DNA of 63,592 nucleotides, filler included, from Reticulomyxa filosa (Eukaryota; Protista; Foraminifera): the NCBI GenBank assembly GCA_000512085.1. It is 16 parts of 16 records of this genome, joined end to end, with 100 filler letters (N's around TTAATTAATTAA, not from the genome) between each part and the next. Parts side by side here need not be neighbours in the genome. Positions count along the whole stretch, not along the records: positions 9,457 to 19,507 come from ASPP01006959.1; positions 19,608 to 27,843 come from ASPP01008350.1; 14 more parts are not named here. One strand, given 5' to 3'. Both the position numbers and the translations under genes were made by a program. The notes under the pieces were generated by a model. It did not search any database, was not told where the DNA came from, and was given only the letters and a program-made list of their open reading frames with translations. This document shows, piece by piece, positions 13,152-26,399 of the stretch. Within the stretch, counting starts at the first letter, position 1, and each line of letters begins with the position of its first letter.

Positions 13152-16100
13152 ATGGCAACAAAAAAAAAGGAACTCGAAATAAACAAAGATACAAACGGAC
13201 GAACAAGCGACGCAAGTAAAGAAAGAAGAAACTCAAGAGACATAAAAGCGACAACATATTCGTTCAGTGATGACCTGAACACAGTTGGAATAGAAGTGAA
13301 GAAAGAGCCTAATATGTTGCATCCGAGCTTGTTGCCCAATGTGGCCACGTTTACATATTTGCCAGGTATGGATAACTCCGTGTTTGACCCGGCCAAGGGT
13401 TCAGTTACACCAAATCAAGCGATGACAGAGCAAGACAACAGTAATGCTTTGGGACTGCCAAAGCAGGCAACAATCGACACAAGAAAACTCAACGCACCGA
13501 CAACGATCTCCAATCATATCTCTTCGTCTTTTTCACATGGACATATTCGTTCCAAAAGTAATTTGCCCACAATGGCGGCATCTTTGCATTACGATCAGAG
13601 TCATTCTCGCACTGTTATATATGTATATACATATACATATATAATATTTATTAATCTGTGTAATAACACAACATAGAAATCACAAATGTCATTGGCAGAA
13701 ATGGCGGATTGGAGCCCACCCACGGGACCGGACTTGACGTTTATGTGTACGTGTATTGAAAACAAAACGGCCTTGTCGAATGGACTGAGCGACGCACAAA
13801 TGACAGAATTGATGGCAATCCACAACGACATCATCGTGAGCAACGTGAAGAAGTACCACGGCTTTGTCATCGAAAAAGGCACCATTGGAAAAGTCTATGA
13901 CTTTTTCGTCGTCTTTGGCGACGTTTGCAATGCTTTGGATTGTGCTGTTGCCATTCAACAAGCATTGCAATTCGCCCCTTGGCCTTCCTTTTATTTCAAT
14001 TTCGAAGAAACTGGAAAGCTTCAATATGTTGGCAAGCCCGCTGGTTATTTTTTTTTTTTTTGGGTTGGTCATTTTAAAAAAAAAAAAAAAAATACCCCTT
14101 TTTTTTTTTTTTTTTTTTTGTTTTATTAAAAAGAAAGCTTTTGCGGCTTACGTGTTGGAATTTGTTTGCACACGGGACGAGTGGGTGACGACACGAACCC
14201 ATTCGATCTGCAAAAAGAGACATTGTCAATGGAAGAAAAAATGATGTTTGATGTCGAGTACAAAGGCACGTGCGTGGAGTTATGTAAAGAAATGTGTCAT
14301 TACGTGTTTGGTGGAGAGTTGCTGAGTACCAACGCCACGAAAGTCGCTCTTTCTCAATCCCAAATGTCCCCACTTTTCAACAACTTTACCATTCAAGTGT
14401 GCGGAGTTCATCACTTCCTTCATTTGCGAACTGCCAAGTTGGTCTCTTTCATTTGGAATGGATATCAACGCTATTTCCCTTTGAAGACGCTCAACGGAGG
14501 AACGTCCGAGGTTGCTTTTTTTTTTTTTTTAAATTTGTACATCTCCGTCAAAAAGATTGAATTTGAATGTTGCACACACATGTATACACCCTCCACACAT
14601 ATACATATGTAAATGTATATGTATATGTATAAATGAATAAGTGTTCTGTACATGCATTTCAATAATCCTCTGTGAACAGCACAATAAATATGTTTCTGCG
14701 GAGACAATCAACTATGATCCCTTTCCTGCTGAGAAAAGTGACGCTTCGGATGAGTTGGAGGAAGACAATGAGAATGCGAATGTAAATACGAATGTAAATG
14801 TAAATGTAAATGCACGTGGAGATGAGGAAAAGACGAAAGAGAAGATGGAAGCAGAGGCCTTTGCCATTCCTCAGCCAAAGGCGTCCCACCGCAATAAGCA
14901 AGTGGAACTTGAGAAAAAACGAACAAGTCAAAAGGCATCGAAAGAGCCAATCGATGACAGTTCGAAAGATCGAAAGAAACGAAGCAGTGTTCCACAAATC
15001 GAACATATCGTCACGGATGACAAACGTAATGACAAAGACGATTGTTCCGTTTTTTTTTTTTTCCCTTTGTCTTTTTTTTATTTTTTATTTTTTATTTTTT
15101 TTGTATTGACAACCCACTTGGTACACGATATGTAAATGTGTATATATGCATGTATTGCATATCCGATGTGATTTGCGTAAACATTGATTCCAATACCATA
15201 AACAGCAATTTAAAATTGATGCTCCTCCGCCCACAGAAAAACACAAGATAAGAAGGTTGTCAAGATCGGCTTCCCCAAGTGACCGAGATGTTTGTTGCAA
15301 ATAGCACCTTATCACACATTTTTTTTTTTGCATGTGACATATTGCAGAGCGAGGAGGGGTGCGCTGTCATTCACACACACATACACACATACGCATATAC
15401 AGTCCCCAAGAGCAGCGCGGAACTCTAATCATTGGTCACAAAGAGTTTTGTAGAAAGTTTGCAAATGCGACTTAGTAGAGAGAGAGGGCTTGACAAAGAG
15501 TTGTTTTTTTTTTTTTTATAGTGAATAGTATTCCCAAACAAATAAACAAACATACAATCAAAAAAAGGAGTCTTCAAATGAGAAAAATCCAAAGTTTGCA
15601 GTGCGATATTTCCAAGAAAGACCTCCGGACTTGCCGAAAGAGTATGGCAACGGTGCGGAGTATCAGTGTTCCGTGTGTCATGAAATTCGAAAATGGGCGG
15701 AGGGCGTTTGGCGATGTGCCTTGTGGCCTTCATTCGACGCCTGCGCATTTTGCGCAGAACATTCAGTTGGGTTTCCAATTCTTTGCAATGTCAAATAGTC
15801 GCGTATGTAATGCATCAAAACAAAACCAAAAAAATATGTTTGACACGTGACGTATGTAAAGCTAAGCAAGTGTGACCCAGCAGAGTATAAAACAGAAGCC
15901 AAATGGAACAACGATGCAACCACATTTGAAGCAGCGACGACGATGACGACGACGACGACGACGACGGCAGGCGCACAAATGCAAGGGGATGACACAGTCG
16001 ACGACAGCGACAGACAGGTACAATTCCTGAAAGATGTTCGCAGAGAAATGAACTCGGTAATCGAAAACTTGACGGAGATGAAGCTACGGAGACTGCAGAA

Positions 16101-17143
16101 CATAAAAGAATATTGGGACAAGAACGTGCACGACTCAAACAAACTCGCCGATGTCGAAAAAGAATACGACCAAACCGAAGAAGAGCTGGCCAAATGGCGT
16201 CGAGAACGGACATTACACGAAGAACAAGAACAAAAGATCGAACGCAGGCAGTCTTTCGTCGCCAGTGGCATCGCCCTGCCGCTTGATTTGTTAGAAGATT
16301 TGGAGCAACAATTTGAAGAGTACAATCCCATTAACGATTTCACTGTTGTCAAGAACAGATTTATCGGTTTTGTTTGTATATACAATACATATATGTATTG
16401 TATATATGTATACGTGTGGTATGTTTTTTAATGAACTTTAAAAAAAAAAAAAAAAAAAGATTTAAATCGATTGTATTGGCTGGAAGACCAAAATTGTTTG
16501 CCAACGGTTTGAGCATTATGATAAAAGCATCAGCAATGCGGTTCGAGACCGTGCAAGGACGCTCGAGACATTTGAACAAGAAATGGTGCAAATGAAGAAC
16601 TTGTTCAGTGGTGCCCCCATCCCAGAGCGGCCTGCCGGCGGAGACTTGAGCTCACAAGACTCGGAAGGTGAAATCATTCAACGTGAGGACGAAGAGGAAG
16701 CAGTAGCAGAACACAGCCGCAATTCCAATCACACTGCCAACCGAGTGATCGCCGACGTCACGCCAACGCAAAAGGCTTCGGATGAACATACTTATCCACA
16801 AAACATGAGCATAAAACAGCCAATAGAGCAAGGTCAAAGTCAAAGTAACAGCAACACAGAAAAAGAAGAAGAAGAAGAAGAAGAAGAGGAGGATGCTGAT
16901 GTTTTAGGTGAAAATAACACTTTGATTGGTAATGGCAACAATAACAATAACAGTAATAGCAATGACAATACAGACAGTCTTCGCAAAAAATTCCAAGCGG
17001 AAATGGAATTGGAGTTTCAACGTTTCACTGAAGGCCATCAAAAAGAAGTTGATACATTCATTTCTCAACTTCAAAGAAAAGATCGACAAATTCAAGTTCA
17101 TAAAGATGAAATTGCGAGTCTTCAACAGCAAATTGAACAGGTC

Positions 17144-17189
<46 letters not shown>

Positions 17190-18050
17190 GTTGTTGTAGG
17201 CTGTCCTTAAACAAACAAATTCCAAACAGCAAATGCCAAAGGAACAAGCAATAAAACATAAAACAACAATACAGCTAAAGAAGTACTTAAGCGTGTCAGA
17301 AAGCACAGACAAAGTGAATGAAGAAGAAGAAACTGCGGAGACGACAACAAATATCGATAAGGAACCAACTTTGAAAGTAGTAAACGACAAAGCGTTATTA
17401 AATTACAATCCACCACAAGCTAAAAGTCAAATCGTTGCGCAAGAACAACAATACAGTGAATTCCGACTTGTCAGTGGTGCAGTCCATACATTTGAGGACC
17501 AACACGAAGAGGAGGACCTGAATGATGACAACGACAATGATAATGACAATGATAATAGCAATGATGGTGAAGTGATGGACCAAAAAGCAAATGCGGCAAT
17601 GGCACCTATTGACGTAAAAAATACCATTATCGAAAAATTGCAACGCACTGTACAAGAAATGGAACACAAAATTGATGCTTTGACTCGTTCGAAAATTGAG
17701 CTTATTAATAGCACTTGCCTGCAAATGGAAAAACTGAGAGCTCAAATTTTGGAAGTTAATTTTGATACCATTTCTTTGTCGTTGCAACATATTATTTCAA
17801 TTTGAAATTCAAAAAATTTAAAATATTAAAAAAGCGATCGGAACGACCTGCAGAACAACGACAAAATGCTATTCCACCAACAACATCGTCGTGGACATGG
17901 CTTTCCTTGGGTCGATCCCCTTCTGCTTCCAAGACTGAAGTACAACAAATTTCCAAAGCAAAGATAACACTTGCCAATGAAACAGGGCAGGAAATTGATA
18001 GGCTACGTGATACCATTAAAATGCTAAGCAGGCAACTTGATCGAAGATAA
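13152..18050 (+). CDS. Class III nucleotide cyclase-like pseudoenzyme with a ZZ-like zinc finger and long coiled coil
   Basis: PPTG..TFMCTCIE..HNDII...YHGFVI..YDFFVVF..AL..A..IQ..L..WP, FCGLRVGICLHTG and YKG..VELCKE..GGELL follow the cyclase fold in order. CSVC..VWRC..FDACAFC at about 15660-15760. Coiled-coil exons run to 18050. The single-gene model is inferred. Confidence 0.7.
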
Positions 18051-18599
18051 CTATTAAAAAAAATTTAACAATTTTTAATTTTTGTATGCCTTTTTTTCGA
18101 ATAATTCTTGCCGTATGTATGCGTATTCTTGATTTTTTTTGTTTTGTTGATTGACGTGCTTTTTTGAAATATTGCTTGTTTCATACATTTTGATGAAATA
18201 ATGATAACTCCTTCATACAATTCTATTCACATCATATCAAATCTCTACTGTTGAATTTTTACAAAGAAAAATTTTTTTTATTTGAATTCCAAGCAAAAAA
18301 TTGATGCATATGACTCTTTATAATGCAATATCAGGATAGCCATTTACTAAAAGTCATGAAAAAGTGCTTCGAGAAATGTTGCTTTCTTTTCAACTGAAAG
18401 ACTTGACAGATATATCATGTCTATGATGTTCGAATAGTGTGTTACTATCTGACACGTCCAAATATCTCAGTGCCGAGAATAATGGAGTCAGAGAAGCAAA
18501 TTTTCATGTGTCAGAGAATGGCCACAGTTTTATTAATTTTTTTAAAAAATATGTTAATGTGTAATAGTTTTTAATATCATAAAAAACACATTGATTTTC

Positions 18600-18880
18600 A
18601 AATTTAGAGAAGAATTGATCCAACAATGAAAGATAGCTACATAAGGACAATTGCTCTCAATGATAAATGTAAATGTAAGATTTATATTTTAGATACAACG
18701 GAGCGTAACGACTGTGTCGTCTACTGGCGAATGGACAAAAGGGCATGGATGTGCTTTCATTGCGTACAATGTATGCAGACCATATCCTGCTAAAGACGCA
18801 ATTTTATACTATCTCAACCATTTGATGGTACTTAAAAGACCAAAGATGCCAGTAATTGTGTTGGAAATAAGATCGTTTCA
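18600..18880 (+). pseudogene. Ras-family small GTPase pseudogene
   Basis: DPTMKDSYIRTIAL (switch I), IYILDTTE (degenerate DTAG), AFIAYNV and VGNKI occur in shifting frames; no intact ORF. Confidence 0.65.
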
Positions 18881-19626
18881 GAGTTAACGCTACGTGTAAT
18901 ACAATACCGATAAGACTATTGCAATTTTCAACAATACAATATTATTCATTCAAAATTCGATAAAGATAAAAACTGTTTTCAAATAATTTAATATTTGATT
19001 AAACTTTTATTGATTGATCGTCGATATGAACACCTTTCAACTAGTTTTATGCAGACAATTTCTTCGGCAATTTCAGAATTAAAAATTTACTTTATTAACC
19101 TTTAAAAAAGAAGAAAGCGGTAATTGATGACGAATAAAAAAAAAAAAAAACTGGAACTAGACCCTTTTTGAACAATTGTTCAATTATATCTTAATTTTGT
19201 TGTATGAATTTTCAATGAAAAATATCAGTTTTAATTATTTTTTTATTACATTAATAATTATTTTGCAAAAGTTTCTTTTTTTACTTGTAATTCACGCATA
19301 AAACGTTTTTGAAAACACACCAGTTTGGTTTTTCGGTTTGTCAAATACTGTATTTGTACGCTGTCTTTTGAAATGAAAAATTATAGATCAAAAAAAGGCA
19401 TTTGAATAAATATCGAATATGGTATCCAAATAGATTTTGCAGAAAACATTAAAAACCAAAATAAATTTGTATTTTATTCTAATTACATTTTTTTATTACA
19501 CTTGCATNNNNNNNNNNNNNNNNNNNNNNNNNNNNNNNNNNNNNNNNNNNNTTAATTAATTAANNNNNNNNNNNNNNNNNNNNNNNNNNNNNNNNNNNNN
19601 NNNNNNNTTTTTTTTTTTTTTTTTTT

Positions 19627-21488
19627 GTGATTGATTTCAAATTGAATCGCATTATAAAAAAACGAAACACAGAAATATTGTCATTAATGACTCCCAATTT
19701 CCGTAAGCAAACGGAAATGATATTAAGCTCCGCCCACAAGAATCCATTGCTATCGCAATTCCAAAATTACAAGATAACACCAGACTGTATGTTATATGGG
19801 ATGTCTTGGAAAGCCAAGGATATTGACACGCTGTCCGACTTGAAGCGTCTGCGCAATACAAAATTGGAATGGAATGAAATGAAGGAGCGCGAATACGAGG
19901 CATTGGACCACTTTCAGGTGGGTGCGCCTGGACACTTGGAGTTGCAGTTGTCAGTGGACAACTCGTCCTCGCATCGACGACGACGCACTGGACAAAAGCA
20001 CAAGCAGCAACGGAAGAGGAGATCGAAGAAGAAGACGGACGGCGGGAGCACCAGCAACACCGAGACGGAGACAGACACGGAGGCCGACGACAACGAGGAA
20101 GAGGAGAGCAGCAGTGGCGAGGACGAAGGCAACGCTGGTGCAAGTGGATATCACAGCGACGAGGATGAGGTATGGAGTGATGACACTGGTGGCTCGTGGC
20201 AGCGACTCATGACTCAATACACGTACGACAGTGGAGAGCTTGCCGAACAACAGGTCAAAGTGGGTGTCGGCATGACCAATTACAACTCCCATTTCCAATC
20301 GCATACCGATACTCCATTCCAGGAACACGTCGCTCCGAAAGGGGTGCTTCGACATGGATATCAGGCTAACAACGCCACCATGGAAGACGCCTACGAATAT
20401 CTTCCCAATGGGACCATGGAGGAAATGAAACCCACCAAATTGATGCGCTTCAATGCTACCAAGCAATGTCACGTGGACTTGTTAGTGGAGGAGACACAGG
20501 TTAAGTGTCTGTCTTCCTCTCATTGCATTGTCTCACATATCTTTGTATGCGCAGCATCTCACAGCCATCAAGTCCAAGAGTCAACGTGTCCAATCCGAAA
20601 CCTATCAAGATCCAAAAGTCATCGCCACTTGGACCACCAAACGAATGCGAGAAGATGAGGCCATCAACAAAAGAAATCAAGAGTTGGAGGAAATGTATCG
20701 TGACAAAATGGAGGCTTTAATGCGACATATTTATTTAATGAAACGAGAAATTGATGTTTGTTTTTTTTTTTTTTGCTTCCTTGCTTTATATTCATTAAAT
20801 CGTCATTTGCATCTTTGTTTTCAATCGTAACAGCAACATCGAGTGGAACAAGCAAAAGTCAAAGAGCTCTCCACAAATATGAAAAAAGAGTTTGAAACGG
20901 AAATCAAAGAGAAAATCTTGTCCCAAGAAAATAAGATCAAACAACAAGAATTAGAGAAGAACTTATACGATATGACCACATTCGAGTTATTTCTTTTTTT
21001 GTATTTGGAATCATTTGCACATACATAATGCCAATATACATAAAAATCAGGAGCGAGGAAGTTTCTCGAAAGAGAAAAGCAGAGGAAAACAAGCTCAAGG
21101 AAAAACACACTGAAGTTATTACTATTATTTTACACTTTGATCACGGTGATCACAACATTATTCTGTTTTGTGTTTTTGTTCGAAACAGCTAGAACGAACT
21201 GCGAAGAAATTGAGAGAAAAAATTGAAGAAAGACGGAAGGAATATACCGCAAAAAACTGTTACGTAGTGTACCAACGTATTATTAAACTCTCAAAAGTAG
21301 TCTTTTTTTTTTTCTTTAAAACAAACTTTTTTTTCACAAATATCAAAAATACAGATGTCAAGCTTTTGGGCGATTATAAATACTACAAAGAATTGAATAG
21401 ACAATTGGAGGTTCAGTCCAAACTTGTTGCAAAAGAATACTTTGCTGTGGAAGCTGAATATCGTACATTTTTTGCATCAGCAAAGTAA
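19627..21488 (+). CDS. Hypothetical protein, 5'-partial, with a basic/acidic low-complexity region and C-terminal coiled coil
   Basis: Long ORF 19627-20500, then GT-AG-separated coiled-coil exons ending RTFFASAK* at 21488. Confidence 0.65.
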
Positions 21489-21814
21489 TCAAGGATTGAA
21501 CAACCTAAAATGTAATTGTGAAAACAATGTGTGCAGTTTGTTGAAGATTTTGTTTGGATTTTCTAACTGCAGACAACCACAACGAGTGAAGTGTGGTCTC
21601 GCTCTTAAAGCAAGAGACCTGTTTCTTATTAAAAAAAAAAGTAATGTTCATCTTGTTGTGCAATAATACATTGCACAAAATCATATACTCGTCTCAAATT
21701 TCACGCGCATTCAGCATACCTTATCCGGAATTTTTTTTCTGACCTAACATTGAGGGGAGTGTAATTAAAAAAAAAAGCGACAACTTTTTTTTTCCCCTGC
21801 CTCAATTGAAAGCA

Positions 21815-23094
21815 ATGAATATTTGGCAATTCTTTGTGACTGGTAAGAGTAGCAACAATCCCCCCGTCAGTGAATCGAGTATTGAGGATTTGGCGAGGGA
21901 AGATGCAGTTAAAATAGTGAAATCGACCTGGGTAGAACTGATGCGAAAACAAGAAGAAGTGGGATTACGTATCTACCAAGAAGTGTTGTTGAAAGAAGTG
22001 GAAATGTCACGTTTATTTATGCAGACAAAAATTGAAAAGCAAAGCACAGCATTTATGATGATGTTGAATATTGTGGTTGGATATTTGGATGATTTGTCTA
22101 CTTTGGATGAAAAATTGACTGCGTTGGGAGCGACACACTTGAACCAATACCGAGTCAAAAGACGTCATTTTAAACACTTCCGGACAGCTTTCATGCGCGC
22201 GATCAAACAATATGTCCCTTGGACTGATCGTCGAGAAGCTGCGTGGATGTGGTTTTGGGCAAGAATAATAGATCGTATGACAGCAGATAACAGTTTGATC
22301 CCATTTGCCAAAGATACAACTCCACAACAATACATGGAATATGCACGAGCAATTCATGAAACGTTTGACGCCGCGATTACCGATGACCCACAACTCTTTA
22401 GCACCACTTTTTACCAAGATTTATTGGAAAGTCAACCGGACATTGCTAATTTGTTTAAAGGTATAGAGATCAAGCAACAAGGAGCCAAGTTCATTTCGAT
22501 GGTTCGTCAGTTCACTTTTTTTTTTATTGAAGGACAAATAAGAACAAAAAAACTCTATTTCATATGGTGAGCGTGATATACATACTTGTTTGTCTCTATT
22601 TCAAAATGTCGTAGTACATTTTTCTTTGAAATATCTGTTGTTAGGTGAGACATTGTATTCATTTATTGGATGATCATCGTACATTTGAGTATAAAATGGT
22701 GGAATTGGGCAAAGTACACAACACGTATGGGGTTCAGCTATCGCAGTTGCACTCATTTGGTGATGTGCTAACAGAATCTGTCCGTCGCAATATCCCTTTG
22801 AAATGGACTGAAGAACACACGAAAGCATGGCAATGGTTTTGGAAAATCGTGGTTGATTTATTCAGCCGTGGAATGCTCGAACACATCGAAGAAAAAAAAG
22901 AACTTGAGGATCTGAAGAGGGAAAGAGTCGAAAATGAGACAACGAAGACAGATGAGAAAACTGACAGTACTACTGATGTTGATGAGGCTGCAGATGAGGA
23001 GTTTATCTTTGATTTGAAAGGTCGATATACTCACAGCAGATTGGGAGATCATGAAAGCCAGGCTGACAAAAAAAGCGACGAGGATGAGCAATAG
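21815..23094 (+). CDS. Tandem two-domain globin (3/3 fold) with an acidic tail
   Basis: Domain 1: STW..RIYQE..SRLF..KQSTAF..LGATH..AAWMWFW. Domain 2: TFYQD..PDIANLF..QQGAKF..LGKVH..KAWQWFW. One intron at 22502-22644. Confidence 0.9.
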
Positions 23095-23459
23095 AACGAC
23101 CCATAAAGGAATAATCGTTTGACACGCTTATAATTTTTTGAAAAAAGAATCGCGTAAAAAAAACTAAAAAAACCAAACATGTGCATTTTGTTCAATTGGT
23201 GATACAATGACAAACCCAATCATTTTTCACAAAATAATTTTAATCAGTAATCGCAGCCAACAGTGATATTCTTCGAAAAACAAAACTATTTTTCGTTTGA
23301 AAAAGTCTCCATACAATATGTATCTTCAAAGCATACATGATTTGGTAAAACTTTTGTAAAAGGAAATTAAAAATAATTACGCCTATATGGCTCATCATAC
23401 GATAGAAAAATCTTTGGAAAAAAGGTCCACCGTACAACTCCTTTCAAGTTTGTAAAGAG

Positions 23460-24968
23460 ATGGATACAGTCGCAAATAAAAAAAAAGACAAAATGTCCGT
23501 CGACAAGTCCAGAATGTTTTTGGATGATTTAACAAGTGACATGTTATATCTGACGTCTAATTACTTTACCTACAAGGACACAGTAGTTGTTTCGCAGTGC
23601 AACAAAGTTCTTCGTTATGCGATGGCTCAGGAGAGAGTCTGGGAGTATTTGGTATTTCGAGACTTTGGCATAAACAAAACTACAAAACCACTTTATGATT
23701 TTATACGCAGCTGGCGCGATGTATTTTCACATTACATCAACTTATATGGGAAAGACTCGATCGACTGTTTTAAGCGTACAATCCATTGCTGGAAACAATT
23801 GAAACGATGGTTGGAAAAAATTTCCTGAGATAATACCCACACTCCACTCACCAGCATCTCCAAAACAAATTGAAAATGTAAAAAAGAAGTGGAGCGAATG
23901 TATCCATCTGAAAAAGCAAAAGCAACTTTGCCTTCCTCTTATTTGATACTCTTAGGTGAATGTGTCAATGGTCAAAACACGAAGATGGGGGACACTGGCG
24001 ACGAAAGAAAAGACTTTTATGGATTATTTGGTTCCTATCGTTGCTATGATAACACCTCGTCAGCGCATTTGGCTAGCCTTAGCGACGCTTTAACTTGGAC
24101 TGTTTGTATATTTGTCTTTGTTTTTCTAATTTTTTGTCGATAGTTGTTTGGTTGGGTGCATTTTTCTTTGTTTTTGTTATTTGTCGTTCGAAAATTGAGT
24201 CTAAAATTCGCTACAAAAGCGGATGGGTCTTCAGCGGTGGTGGACTGACCGGTAGTTCACATATGAGCGCGTTTAACTTCACAATGTTACGAATTGATGA
24301 TGGAAAGATAATCAAATATACTCGAGACGGCAAATGTTTAGATGAATTGCCGCATAGCGGATCATTTCTCGAGTACTTGGAATGGTATACACAAGAAGTC
24401 ATAGCGGACAATTTTACGCTCAAACCTGAATGGGGCATTTGGAGGTAATCCATTTGGCCAAAAAAAATAAATAATAAACGTTGTTTGACGATTATATAAA
24501 CACATGCCTCCATTGTTGAACAGATTTCCCCTGAGAAATGAATGCTGTTCTTTGTGTGTCACAAGTAGTGTGACGATTCGTGTTTCTACTATATTCGTTG
24601 CAGATTTGTCACTCAAGGAACATGGCCGATTGCTATTTCCTTACTCGGTGGAAATTACATGTCCTAGTGAAGATTCTGACGATGCAGAGTTGTGTCCAGT
24701 TGGTCGATTGACAACTCGTCGTTGGGAATGTAAAAGATCCCGTGATGGAAAGACAGAAGTCATTGAAGGGCCTGGTGTAATTGGTTTACATCCCAATATA
24801 TACCCTGGCGCAGAAGTATTTACCTACGAGTCATGCACTCAAGAGAGTAATTTGCAAGGAGGCGAGATGAAAGGGTGTTTCAATTTTCAGTTGGAGACTA
24901 GCAAAGATACGTTTACTGCACGCATTGAGACTTTTAAATTTGATATTCAGAAAATCCACTGGTTTTAA
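23460..24968 (+). CDS. FBXO3/SKIP16-like protein: F-box, SMI1/KNR4-like and ApaG (DUF525) domains
   Basis: F-box LDDLTSDMLY..VSQCNKVLR..WEYL; LPSSY..VNGQ..GLFGSY..YD; ApaG-like RLTTRRW..IEGPGVIGLHP..YESCT..MKGCF. Two A-run frameshifts near 23815-23890. Confidence 0.85.
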
Positions 24969-26399
24969 AATTCATTCTCAATTTGATTCTTTTAATGTAA
25001 AATTTTGGAAGTGTTGAATTTTGACTATACAAAAATCGAATAATATATTCGTTGCATAGCACTGTCATTGTTTTAAGTATTCGATTGAGATTTTTATTGA
25101 AAAAATGCTAAGAAATTTAGAAAGCACTTACAAACAATAAAACAATTTAGAACAAATATTTCTTGTGTTAAAATTTATCGTTCTCATATTCCAACTTAAA
25201 TGAAAAGTGTCTTGAAGGATATTGATCTATTAGCTTGATGGAGCATAAATTCCTCAAAGATGAAGATATAAAAAATAGACAATACGAGCAATAAGAACAA
25301 TTTGTTAAACGTTCAAACACATTAGGCCATTGAACAAGGAAGCTCAAAAGAAATACAATTTTAGAAATGTGTCTTATGCAAAGAACAATGTATAATAAAT
25401 TCCATATTGTATACTATTTTCAAAAATAAGAACGAATAAATGGAGACCAAAGTTGAAAATTATAAAGACACTGAACCACAGACAAAGAGTTTGTTTTAAA
25501 AAAGGAAACGTTCTGGAGTGACCCTTTTTTTTGTCGTATTTATCGCAATTACTTTTGTTTGGAATAGTTTTTTGGCTTAACGTTGTTGTTATTACAACAA
25601 ACAAAACTTAATTTTTTAAATATAATTTCATTCAGTCGCTTTTTTTCTTCTTTACAGCGAACGAAGAGTTTGGAATTACACATTAATCATTGCAAAAAAA
25701 AAATTGTGAAAAACAAACATAAAAAAAAAGCAGTCTTAACACATCGACGTCTAGAATTAATGGATGCGATATTAGTATTAGATGATATTGTGACGAAGAT
25801 GTGGCAATGTGATGATTTGAAGGAAATGACAAAAATGTTTATGTCTAGTTTCAACATTTGCCAGATGTAAACAATTATTTGCAAGTCGATATATTCAAGT
25901 AAAACAAAGCATGCTGTATTATGCTGGACATGAACGTGAAACTTTTGCGATCAAATTGTTGATCAAAGAGAAAATGGGACAGCATAGTGCATTTGATTTT
26001 GCTTATAAATGCAGGTTTTTTTTACTTTGAATTCAACAAAAAAACGACCAGTGTCTATTACAAGCACTATCAAGAAAAAATTTTAATATATATCATTATT
26101 AGTTTCGACTTGGAGTCATTTGAAAAAGAAGTGACCGAAACAAGGAAAGTAACATAGCAAATTGTGATCACTTTGATGATATCGGCGAACATGTAGTGGA
26201 CTTTATTGGAACAATAATATGCACATTCCGAATTCACATCAGTTTTGTCACAAATTTGAAAAAGATGTAGACAGATTATCTATCGATATATAAATACGAT
26301 TATATATTTAATAGATATATGCAGTAACTGGAGAAATGACCGCGATGAACTAGATGTTCAATCGGATCACATTCTAATATAATTCAACATTATAGCATA

